A stretch of DNA of 64,000 nucleotides from positions 33,366,699 through 33,430,698 of the forward strand of contig NC_057718.1 in assembly GCF_004010195.1 (NCBI RefSeq). The letters are read 5' to 3'. This document shows positions 23,040 to 34,577 of the stretch, piece after piece. The translations under genes were made by a program, and so were the position numbers. This DNA is from Chiloscyllium plagiosum (lineage: Eukaryota). How positions within the stretch are numbered: position 1 is the first letter of the stretch; each line of letters starts with the position of its first letter. Under the pieces are notes generated by a model, which was not told where the DNA came from, searched no databases, and worked only from the letters and a program-made list of their open reading frames with translations.

Positions 23040-24300
23040 CATTTCTTCTTGTTCTGGTTCCAACATCATCCTTGGGGAGTTGTTGCAAAAAAAAATCATC
23101 AATTAGTTTAACATCCCCTAAACATCTTTGCAGGTCATGAATGGTGTTGGGTAAGGAGTCATCTTAATTGCTTTTGTTTCCTGTTTGTCTGTATTGTTGT
23201 ATTGCCATCACAGTTGACCATGTGTCCCAAGAATTGAACCAGTTTCTTAGAGAATTCACATTTGCTTTTACGAGTGAAATCTTCAACCTGTAGGTGCCTA
23301 AAAATTGCATACAGCCTCTGATCATGCTCCTCAGTCATTTGTTGTATGAATGTGTTAGCCATGTAGTAGCATATTGGACATTTTCATTGAAAAATATCTG
23401 AGTTAAGGTGATGGTGAATGGCAGTCGTTTGAAGCAAAAGCTCCTAAGTGGAGTCATAAAGATTGTAAACAATCTTGATTGCTTATCCAATAGCATTAAT
23501 TACGACCATCTCTTGTATCAAGGTTCATGAAAACTTATTTTGGGTAGCTGAGTTAAACTCCTGTTGACTGTAGACGTAGTGGATTTTTCTTGCCACCACC
23601 TTGTTGAATTGGGTAAACTTAACACAAATTCAGCTGGACTCATTAGGTTTGGGCACAGTATCCATGTCCAAATACCAGTCGATTGGTTTGTTACTAGGGA
23701 AACGTTACCCATTCTGATCATTTCAAGCTGTTTCTCAATTTGTTCATTTAGCATCTTTATTTAGAGGATACTGGAACAAGTCTTGTACTTCTCCCATTCA
23801 TTTAAGCAATTTAGATACTCCTGTTCAAAGGACTATTTATGTTTTCAGCTTTTCAAAAAAGATTGAAGGTAAGTCACGTGTTCCTGCTTAAGAGTGAAAA
23901 TTCTTGATTGGGAAGAATGTATAAATTCTCTTCCACCTGAAACCACAAGTTCCTTGTAGCATTCATTTTATCTTTGTACTGCAACTCTTGAACCATGAAG
24001 TTGTGTTGCTATAGGGTCTCAACAGTATTTCTTCAAACATAGTACACTATCTGATTATATAATGACATTTAAAGTTTATTTAGTTTAAAATGTGTATGAT
24101 GTCAATTGACATAAATATCATCTTGCCAAAAGGCTAGGATTTAATCCCTTATTCCTTCCAGAAATACCTTTTGACTTTTCCCTATTGTATAAATTGTTCT
24201 ACCTCATAAAATTCTTGTATGAGTAACTTTTCAAATATTTGCTGCTCTGTGACTGTCTTAATTTGTCACATTTTCTGAAAATGGCCTATTGTCTTCTATA
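23040..24300 (-). mobile_element. Gypsy/Ty3 LTR-retrotransposon pol remnant, very decayed
   Basis: TEEHDQRL..KSKCEFSKKLVQFLGHMV (23159-23362); manual SRLFTIFMTPLRSFCFKRLPF at about 23410-23480; IEKQLEMIRMGNVSLVT (23518-23754). Confidence 0.8.
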
Positions 24301-26829
24301 TTTTATATAGTTGGGTAATCCTTGGAGTTGTGAGGCTTCCTTACTCCATAGCAATGGCAATGACTGTCAATATCTGATATCTGTCCCAGTCGCTGTTTTG
24401 GCTTCTCGTGCGTGACCCTGTACCTCAGCGTGGAATGGATTCTGATGATCCCCTGTGATAAGGTTGACGTTTTCTCAGGATTCATTTGTCTTGATTCCTT
24501 TCTTCAGCTTTACTCACCATCCGAATAGTTTTCTTTAGAGTGAAATCTTTTATTCACCATAATAAATCTTTGCAAAACTTGTCATGAAATGTGGTTGACA
24601 AATGTGGTTGACAAATGGGAACTTCAGATTTCGTTTTAAATATCTTAATCTTATGAAACTTGTTTAGTTTGCATGACAAAGAAGTAACTTGTGCACACAA
24701 TGTAACATTCATGATTGCTTGAGGCCATTACTTTTAACATGCACTATTGAGTTGGTTAACAGATGGAACGAAAGTAGCATGGATGATTTGGTGGTAGGGA
24801 AAAGAAAGTCAGTTATATCTAAGAGCACTTCTGGATATAAAAAAAAACCCAGAAAAAACACTGTGTGCATTATTGATAATGTAAAACCTGCAAATACTAT
24901 GTAAATTAAAGGTAGATAGCTAGCGTTAGAGTGAAGACATGATTACTGCAACTGCCTTCAGCATTCCCTGAAAGTCAAAACTTTTTCTCTAGAAATCGTT
25001 TCAGTAGAAATTCAGACCTGCTTAGATAGTTCAGAAGGAAAAACTGCAACTCCAGGGCTGCCCGTGCATATTGTTGAATATTAATTAACCTTATAGTGTA
25101 CTCAAATATATTAATTGTTTTATCATGCCTTTCTAATTCTGACTCCAGTTATGTAGTATTGTAAACTGTGCAGTAGCCACTCTAATAGTTAAAACATTTA
25201 GTATTACAACTATTGACTGGCATTGGGTGGTGACGCATGGAATTCTGCCCTGGTTAGTCTGTTGCCAAAAGAACACAATGTTAAATGACATGCAGATCCA
25301 AAAATGCTCTGGAATTTAATCAACTGGAAGCAGACTCACATGTGGAGGTTAAAAGGGTGGAGAGCACTATGTTTACATCTCATAGTAGCTGTTACAGTCT
25401 GATTCTACTCAGCAGTAGTTTTGAGTTATTACCCAGAGCTGAAAACTTGGTACAGCAGTGCGACTGCTTTGCCAGCATGTTGTAGTTCCTTGATAGAATC
25501 GTAGAGCAAAGCAGTGAATCTGGATGACATAATTACAAGTGGGCAGTGAAAACTGAAACAAAGAAACTGTTATTATTGGCAGCCATAGCTGGTTAAATCA
25601 ATTACATTCCCGACGATGAACTTTACATGTTTCTCTAATCTCTTCCAATTTATCCTAATTTTTACATGATGGGAAGGGGGAGTTTTTATGGAAACTATCA
25701 GCTTATTTGAAATTTAATTTCAAGCAAGATTTCATCTGCTAGAACTAATCTTTTTAATATGAAATTTTAAAATAAAATTTCGGCAGAGGTCCTTGTCTGT
25801 TGTGATTTTGGACAAAGTTCCATGGGAAAATTGATGGTGTGTACACAGTTTATGCAAAGGAACCTCTGCTAAAGTTACAGCAGATGATGGAGGAACACTA
25901 TCACAAATGTATGGGATCAATATTTTACTGAATGGAAAAATATTGTGTCCTAGGACTTTAAAAAGTTTCTCCAGTGAGATTTGATCTTATTACAGTGATC
26001 TCTAGTGTTCTGTACTATATTTAATAAAGGCTATTTTAAGACCAGGAATTAATATCGTAGCACTAATGATCACAGATTTACGTGGAGACTGATATTCAAC
26101 CCCAGCAGCAAGTATATGGAAAGAATTGTCACTTTACTAAGAATGTCACCTTTTCCAGGAAGAAAACTGATTAACTTAAATGCCATATATAAGTCTACAC
26201 CTTTCTATTTGACTGGTGAGGTGACATTAATATTATATAATGTTAATTGCTTACTTAGAGGAAAGCCAATTCCTTGATGCTGGGCATTAAACTCATTAAC
26301 CTGGTGGAATTGGAAGATTGGGAAAGTCATCTTTGATAGAATTATAAGATGATACTGCACAGAAAGCGACTATTTAGTTCATCGGCCTCTGCTATCTGTC
26401 CTTGATAGCATTATCCAATTAATCCCATTCTTTTGCTTTTAACTAAAATTGTACAAATATTTTTTCTCCATTATTTCTGCAATTCCTTTGTGAAAGTTAC
26501 TGCTAAATCTTCTACAACACTCTCAAATTGTGCTTTCCATTCATCATAACTTGCTGCCTAACATATGTTTTCCTTATGTAATATTTTGTTCTTTCGCCAA
26601 TCTCCTTAATTGTATTACTGACCCTCCTGCCACTGGAAACAATTTCTTTATATTTACTCTACAAAGAAAAAAGTCCTGTCATGATTCTGGAAATTCCCCT
26701 TTCAGCATCTCCACTCTAAGGAGAATAACCCCAATTATTCAATTGTCCCTGAAGAAGTTAAATTTCTGGTGCCTATTGTACATTCACCTGATTATAGTAT
26801 ATTTTATATATCTCAGAGTAATACAGAGA

Positions 26830-27455
26830 TCATAAGACAATAAGACCATAAGACATAGGAGCGGAAGTAAGGCCATTCGGCCCATCGAGTCCACTCCGCC
26901 ATTCAATCATGGCTGATGGGCATTTCAACTCCACTTACCCGCATTCTCCCCATAGCCCTTAATTCCTTGTGATATCAAGAATTTATCAATTTCTGCCTTG
27001 AAGACATTTAGCATCCCAGCCTCCACTGCACTCTGTGGCAATGAATTCCACAGGCCCACCACCCGCTGGCTGAAGAAATGTCTCCGCATTTCTGTTCTGA
27101 ATTTACCCCCTCTAATTCTAAGGCTATGTCCACGGGTCCTANNNNNNNNNNNNNNNNNNNNNNNNNNNNNNNNNNNNNNNNNNNNNNNNNNNNNNNNNNN
27201 NNNNNNNNNNNNNNNNNNNNNNNNNNNNNNNNNNNNNNNNNNNNNNNNNNNNNNNNNNNNNNNNACTCAACCTGCATGTTTACCTTTAGAGAATCCTCAA
27301 CTAGCACTCCCAGATCCCTCTGTACTTTGGCTTTCCAAATTTTCTCACGTTTAGAAAGTAGTCCATGCTTGTATTCTTTTTTCCAAAGTGCAAGACCTCG
27401 CATTTGCTTACATTGAATTCCATCAGCCAATTCCTGGACCACTCTCCCAACTGTT
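26830..27455 (-). mobile_element. CR1 LINE 3' fragment (third family) with N-gap
   Basis: (cataaga)n tail; KVQRDLGVLVEDSLKVNMQVE. Confidence 0.88.
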
Positions 27456-28339
27456 TTTAGGTGTTCAGTTTTAAAACATATTTGCAATAACCTATGCTTA
27501 TAGCTCAACTTCTAATAGCTTCAGTGGTCGTTTATTTTGCTCTTATTCTATATCCAGGCTTAATCAATCAAGCACAATGAACATGCATCAGTTATGAGAC
27601 TTGTAATCAAACACCAAACAACTGGATATACAATTCTAATCAGTAGATTTAATCCGTTGTCTGTGCAAGGCCTTGGTATTCTTCCAAAAGTACATCATTT
27701 TCCTTACAAGGATATCTTTATTTGGTAAAGTTAATAAAGTTGATATGATTTACTTGTCTTCTATATTTTGTATCTCAGTGGCATTTCCTGCATTATCTGC
27801 ATCATGAAAACATCATAAAATGACAATTCCATGGGCCGATTTATCACTGATATGCCCTGACCCAACAGCTTTGCACAATAATTTATTTTGTAATGCTGAC
27901 CCACTGCAAACTACAATATATGTGATGCCATTTCCCCTCCTGATGGTGGTGAGAAATATTTGGGTGAGTTGATCTTGTAGAGATAATCGTTCCCTTGTAA
28001 ACTCCGTAACTTCCTGGCCATGAAGGTCAATTAAGCAGCTTGATTTGCCAACAATTATGTCTCTTTAGTGGTCAATCATCAGCCAGCTAAGAGCCTCATC
28101 ATGAGAGATGCAAAATGGATTATCATTCTACCAGCTCCAGTTGTATTACACTATGGCACAAAGCCAAAATTATCCCCATCTGCTGATCCTCAAATTTAGT
28201 GAAAAAAACAAGGTTGTTAAATATCTCTACCATTTCACAGTATTAGTTCCAAATACCCATCAAACTATTTCTTTGTTTTTAAGATATCAATTGATGCTGG
28301 ATTGACTACCTTCTGAGGAAACTTTGCCACAATAACTTG

Positions 28340-28557
28340 GGGTCGAAAAGTGTGGCACTGGAAAAGCACAGCTGGACAGGCAGCATCTGAAGAGCAGGAT
28401 GGTCAATGTTTCAAGCACAAGCTCTTCATCCTGATGAAGAGCTCATGTTCAAAACGTTGATTCTCCTGCTCCGCAAATACTGCCTGACCGGCTGTGCTTT
28501 TCCAGCACCACACCTTTAGACTCTAATCTCCAGCATCTGCAATCCTCACTTTCTCCT
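28340..28557. mobile_element. PLE-derived palindromic mini-element (family A, older)
   Basis: Inverted arms meeting at gctcttcatc-ctgatgaagagc; approximate TSD ataa(c/t)ttgg. Confidence 0.8.
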
Positions 28558-28965
28558 GTGATAATTTGGTCACAAATGCTTTATTAAACGTTTCAGGAAA
28601 ACCTACAGGCAAGATCAATTGTTGAGAATAAAGTCTTGTCATTTTCTGCGTACGTCAGTCAAGGCAGAAAAGTAGTATTTTGGCCTTATGCAAAATTGTT
28701 ATGGAATTAATCATTGAGAGAGGCAACTATTCTAAATTGTTTGCATTATCAGTATTGGAAAGTGAGCAATTTAAGTTCTGGTTGTCTTCTGTTAACAAGC
28801 TTTCAGGTTGCCATCAAATAGCTCATGTACAGTTCAAGTTTTACAAATAGCTCTAACTTCTCTGGTGATTGAATACTTTAGCAGACACCAAACCTCAGTG
28901 CTTTGATATGTCATAATTCATCAATGACCATAGTTGGTGTTATTTGTGTCACTTTTGATCTATAT

Positions 28966-29258
28966 TTTAGATTAGATTACTTACAATGTGGAAACAGGCC
29001 CTTCGGCCCAACAAGTCCACACCGACCCGCCGAAGCGCAACCCACCCATACCCCTATATTTACCACTTACCTAACACTATGGGCAATTTAGCATGGCCAA
29101 TTCACCTGACCTGCACATCTTTGGACTGTGGGAGGAAACCCACGCAGACACGGGGAGAATATGTAAACTCCACACAGTCAATCGCCTGAGTCGGGAATTG
29201 AACCCGGGTCTCTGGCACTGTGAGGCAGCAGTGCTAACCACTGTGCCACCGTGCCACC
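28966..29258 (-). mobile_element. Full-length HE1-type tRNA-derived SINE
   Basis: Reverse complement ggtggcacggtggcacagtggttagcactgctgcctcacag..gggttcaattccc (A and B boxes); CR1-like tail and (aatct)n end. Confidence 0.92.
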
Positions 29259-29344
29259 ATTTTGCATGCCATTGGAATAGATATTTATATACTATTTAAA
29301 AATTCGCTCAGAAAGTTGTTTCGTTCAGAGGAGTTAAAACGTGC

Positions 29345-29572
29345 AAATATAAAACAAAGGACTGCGGATGCTGGAGATTTGAAACAAAAACAGAAATTGC
29401 TGGCAGTTCTTAGGCATGGAAACGAGAAAGCAGAGTTAGCATATCAAATCTGGTGACTCTTCTTCAAAGCAGTACTGATGAAGGGTCACCAGATGCAAAG
29501 TGTTAACTCTGCTTTCTCCCCACAGACGGTGCTGGACCTGCGGAGTTTAACCAGCAGTTTTTTCATTTGTTT
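29345..29572. mobile_element. PLE-derived palindromic mini-element (family B)
   Basis: Decayed arms centred on tggtgactcttcttca..ctgatgaagggtcacca; TSD gagttaaaa(cg/ta)tgc at 29331-29344 and 29573-29586. Confidence 0.75.
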
Positions 29573-31254
29573 GAGTTAAAATATGCCATGTGTTAAGAAT
29601 TCTCATCATGCCTGCTCACAAGGAGGAATTGCCCATTAACAAAGTAACAGACCCAAGTGTGAATTCTTAAAAGCTGATATGATATAAAGAAAGACAGACC
29701 AATGACAGATGGTAACTTCATATCAGTTCTAAAAAAAAATGTAAGAACAAAATGTTCTCTATGAAATTCCTTCAGGGACAACATAAACATTTAAGGAACA
29801 AGTAACTGCCTGTTTACTACAAACTAATACTGTATTGGTGAACGCCACATGAGTCCTGGGGTAATAGCACATTGATGAGTAATGAATGATTGATTAATAG
29901 CACACTGATTGTATAATACACGTGACAAAGTTGTCATTGCATTCAGACTGGTTAGATTCAAAAGCTGGTCAATGTAGTGGCACAAGGGATCCCTTGCTCC
30001 AATCCATAGTTTTCCTATTTATACCTGGAGTTTATAAATTTAAAGGGAGGGAGTACCTACTTGCTATTGAATAGTTTCCAGACTATAAAGGCAGTGTCCC
30101 TTTAAGACATAGGATCATGACCTGTGATATTCTGGTAGAAAAGTATTTGCCTTACCTTCAGTCAGGCTCTCAACGTAATAGAGCCAGTGTACTGTTTTCA
30201 ATCAGTTAGTTACATTATGCAACAGACAGTAAAATCAGTAAGCACAGACCCCAAACAGTATTTAAGTATCTGATATTCAAATAATGGAAAAAGTTAGTGT
30301 AATTAATAAACATAAAGATATCTATCTCAACAAGAATCCAGTCTTTGTTAGGTGAGTTATTGTATAGGGCAGTAGTCAGACCATATGATACTGTGTGAGC
30401 CAAGAAACCACGACATTCCTTTATATCAATGCACATCAACATGCAGAGATACAGGAACTCCATATGGTCACATGATTGCAATTTTGTCAGTAGTATAAAG
30501 GCTGGTGTTGTGACAAGGACTTTGACTTGCTGTGAAACACAATGTCCTAAACAGGATTAGTTTTTTGGGTAACCAACATCCAGCTCACAGTTTCTCAGTA
30601 CGAGTTTACTGGAAATTAGGTTAGCATTTGACAAATTCTATGACCCAGGATCCCCATCATCAGTGAAATTTTTAATATCATACTTTTAATTGTTATCGTA
30701 TATATTTCATTATTGCGGTATTGGTAAGTTTCAAGCCTTTTTTCCCTGATTGCTCTTGTTGAAGAATTTGTATTGAACGGTGGAGATAATACCCATGCTT
30801 ATTATATCTGGACAAGTGAAAAATAGTTCATTGATAAAATTATCTTTATGCTATTGTTACTCATCGTATAAAAAATCCATGAAGATTTTTCCAACTTTTC
30901 CTTATAATTTTCACAGTGAGATTACATAAAAGACTGTTACAATGCATGGTAATATGGCATTCTAATCTCACCAATTATATTTTGATGGCCAATTATAACT
31001 TTAAAAAGTTTGACATTTTGAGCTAACACTTAACTTTCTTATCTAATTAGCAGTTCAGTCTATTATGAATGCACGTTTTCAAATAAATCATCGTTTTGAC
31101 GAGACAGCAAATACAAACAACAAATCATGACACATCATCCTGATTTGGAAATAAACCACTGGTCTTTTAGTGTTGCTGGGTCAAAATACTGGAATTCCCT
31201 CCTTAAATACACTGTGGATCTACCTACAGCACATGGGCTGCACAGATTCAAAAA

Positions 31255-31940
31255 GGCAGGTTCATAGCTCCTTGAAAGGAGAGTCGCAGGTAAATAGGAT
31301 AATGAAGAAGGCATTTGATGCTTTCCTTTATTGGTCAGAGTATTGAGTACAGGAACTGGGATGTCATGTTGGTTGTTGATTAGGCCACTTTTGGAATATT
31401 GCATGCAATTCTCGTCTCTTTCCTATCGGAAGGATGTTATGAATTTGAAAGGGTTCAGAAAAGATTTACAAGGCAGTTGCCAGGATTGGAGGATTCGAGA
31501 TATAGGGAGAGGTTGAATAGGCTGGGGCTGTTTTCCCTGGAGTGTCGGAGGCTGAGGGGTGACCTTATAGAGGTTTAAAATCATGTGGAGCATGGAAAGG
31601 GTAAACAGACAAAGTCTTTTCCCTGGGGCGGGTGGTCCAGAACTAGAGGGCATAGGTTTAGGATGAGTGGAGAAAGATATAAAAGAGACCTAAGGGGCAA
31701 CTTTTTCACGCAGAGGGTGGTGAGTGTCTGGAATAAGCTGCCAGAGGAAATGGTGGAGGCTGGTACAATTGCAACATTTAAAAGACATCTGGATGGGTAT
31801 ATGAATAGGAAGGGTTCAGAAGGATATGGGCCAGGTGTTGGCAAATGGGACTACATAAGGTTGGGATATCTGGTCAGCAAGGACGAGTTGGAAAGAAGGG
31901 TCTGTTTCCATGCTGTACATCTCTGTGACTCTATGACTCT
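31255..31940 (+). mobile_element. CR1 family 1 3' fragment nested in a LINE family B 3' end (31140-32025)
   Basis: RTRGHRF..RGNFFTQRVVSVWNKLPEE..FKRHLD; tgactctatgactct tail; aggcag on both sides. Confidence 0.9.
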
Positions 31941-32252
31941 GAGGCAGCTCACCACCACCTTCTCAAGGGAGATAGGAATCAATAACAAATGCTGTCCTAC
32001 CAACAATGGCCACATCCCATGAAAGTAAAAATAAAGAAATTAAAAATTCAATCAAAACTTTTATCAAAAATGGATTGGAATTGAGGAATCACATTGCCTG
32101 CTCCTGCTCCTATTTCTTGTGTTAATAGTCTAATGGTAAATATGTAACAATAGTCAAGCCCATTGATTTATAATAGTTAATATGCTTGAAATGCTTTGAA
32201 ATGAAATTGCAAACTGTCAATTTCATAAAACGCCAATTAATTTCACGACGGC

Positions 32253-32590
32253 TATAGATAAGGTGAATGGCAAATGTCTTTTCCCTAGGGTGGGGGCTTT
32301 CAAGACTAGTGGCCATAGTTTTAAGGTGAGAGGGGAAAAGATTTAAAAAGGAAATGTGGGGCAACTTCTTTACGCTGGGAGTGGTTCATGTGTGGAATGA
32401 ACTTCCAGAGGAAGTGATAGTTGCAGGTACAGTTAAAACATTTCAAAGACATCTAGGGAAGTACATTTATAAGAAAGATTTATGGGCCAAGTACAGGCAG
32501 GTGGGACTAGTTTAGTTTGGGATTATGGTCAGTTTGGATTGGTTGGACTAAATGGTCTGTTTCCATGCTGTATGACTCTATGAATCTATG
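32253..32590 (+). mobile_element. CR1 3' fragment
   Basis: Decayed RT C-terminus and tgtttccatgctgtatgactctatga tail. Confidence 0.8.
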
Positions 32591-33894
32591 AGCAACCTAA
32601 TCATTTTCTAAATCTGAACTGATTAAAATTAGGTCAAAACCTGGATCCCTGTAAATTTTAATGTTACAATTAATTTTTTGCAACTCCTGATGATTCAACA
32701 AACTTTCCTACCTACAGTGACTAAGTTTCTGTGTGAAGGAAAGACCCATGCTAAATCATCAATACTTTGAGCAAAAAATGGAAAGCTACCTAAAACACGC
32801 TGACTATATATATATATCTGGAAAGTACCATACAGTATAATGTATGACATGCCAATTTTACTAAATCAATATCTCTAAGAAGGCACAAATGGGAGAGTGT
32901 CTCATTTGTTCACTCTTTTTCAAATCAAAATAAAACTAGTTTAACAGTAACTGCAAAGGAGGGATTTTTCTGTAAAATATGGGCCTTTCTCTTCTGTTAA
33001 TGATATGCTTTCTGTGGCAGCGTAATCTCAAGTTCTCTAACTGTCTGGAGGATTCCAACATTTAAATCCACTGGCATCTTAGTGATGGTAATGGAGAAGA
33101 TTAATTGAGTGATGGGCCTCCAAGAAAGAATTTGACAGCTTGCTTGTGAAAGGAGCTGAGCGCTGGGTCAAACCGCTACCTGCCAGTTTATTGAGGAGAA
33201 TGATAAGGTATTCTGTTTGAAGAAGTAGCTGCACTTTTTGACCTCCTTTTATGTGATTTGTACTTTTAATTATAATAATGAAGTAATGGATTGTCACAAT
33301 GTTTGTATCTATCATTTGTTCTATTGACTGTGAAATCGTTAAGCCAGGCAGCTTCTGATTTAAAATGAAGTGACACTGATAAATAATACAGGAAAGAGTC
33401 TGCGAGGTGAACTCTGAATACTGAGAGGGTATGTCCCTACAGTCAAACTGCATTCATGACTTGCACTCATAATGTAGTGTGGAAAAGGAATCCGATTCTC
33501 TGGCTGCACAGTTTAAGTTGCCTTTCAGTCTGCTTGTCTTCTTTCCTGACAGCCTAATGGAGAACTTTCCAGACAACTCTCTCCAGATTTATTGTTTGCC
33601 ACTATGTAGGCGAGAGTGACACAAACCAGCAGTTCCTCCATGATAGCAGCTAGTGCTACTCCAAAAGTATTGGACAAGGTATTGGAGTATTATTATGCTT
33701 CAGTGTACAGAGATGATCAATAATGATAATTCCAGCCATCCTGAATTTCAGCAAAAAGGGAAATTTTCAGAAAATTGGGCATCTTGTCAATGAGAAAACA
33801 TAACCTCTTTGAAGTTTTAATAGGAAATAAATATTGATCTTGAAAATCATACATCATAGTTATGACTTGGAATACAAATAATTGCATTATGGGA

Positions 33895-34025
33895 CAAAAT
33901 GGTGCAGTGTGACTGTCTTTACGTTAGTGACCCAGGAGGTCCAAGCTAATCCTCTGCAAATGTGAGTTCAAATCTTATTATAATCGCTGGTAGGATTTGA
34001 ATTCAATTAACAAGTTGGAACTGAA
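33895..34025 (+). mobile_element. 5' half of a tRNA-derived SINE whose 3' half appears at about 41020-41240
   Basis: tggtgcagtgtg (A-box-like) and gagttcaaatc (B-box); the 3' half ends in the LINE family B tail. Confidence 0.5.
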
Positions 34026-34029
34026 AATC

Positions 34030-34365
34030 AAAACATAGGAAATAGACGCTGGAGTAGGCCATTCTGCCCTTTGAGCCTGCATGACCGTTCAATACGAACA
34101 TGGCTGATCAGTATTCCATTCCTACTTTCTCTCCATACCCCTTGAACCTTTCAGCTACAAGGGCTACATCAAGCTCCACAGGTTCACAATTCTCTTAGTG
34201 AAGAAATTCTTTCTCATCTCAGTCCTGAATGGTTTATCCCTAATTCTATGACAGTTTACCCCTAGTTCTGGACTTCCCCAACATTGGGAACATCCTTCCC
34301 ACATCTAGCCTGTCCAGACCCATCAGGATTTTATATGTTTCTATGTGATCCCCTCTCATTCTTCT
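34030..34365 (-). mobile_element. Old CR1 3' fragment
   Basis: aacataggaaatagacgctggagtaggccattc tail plus antisense RT C-terminus. Confidence 0.75.
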
Positions 34366-34380
34366 GGCTGGTCTTGGTAG

Positions 34381-34570
34381 TAAAAGCTAAAGTTGCCATA
34401 GTCTTTTCAGGCCATGACAGAAAGAAACAACTGGTGATGCTTGAATTTGAGGGTCACCTCACCTCAGGTTGAGAAGGAGAGTCCTTCATGGTAACCTCAG
34501 CCAGTGCGAGAATTCAACCCAAACTGCTAAACCGCATCGCAGACCGGCCTTCCGTCAACTGAGTTAACCA
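34381..34570 (-). mobile_element. tRNA-derived SINE (family shared with 7830-8022)
   Basis: Reverse complement ggttaactcagttg..gggttgaattc (A/B-box-like). Confidence 0.55.
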
Positions 34571-34577
34571 AAATGAT

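Noticed and set aside
28966..29258. tRNA-like sequences with A and B boxes (also 37147-37459, 44687, 19008)
   Set aside because: SINE heads continuous with SINE bodies; no complete cloverleaf, so not called tRNA genes.
33079..33453. 124-aa minus-strand ORF (also 58507-58743 and 62887-63276)
   Set aside because: No recognisable domain or splice context; lengths compatible with chance.
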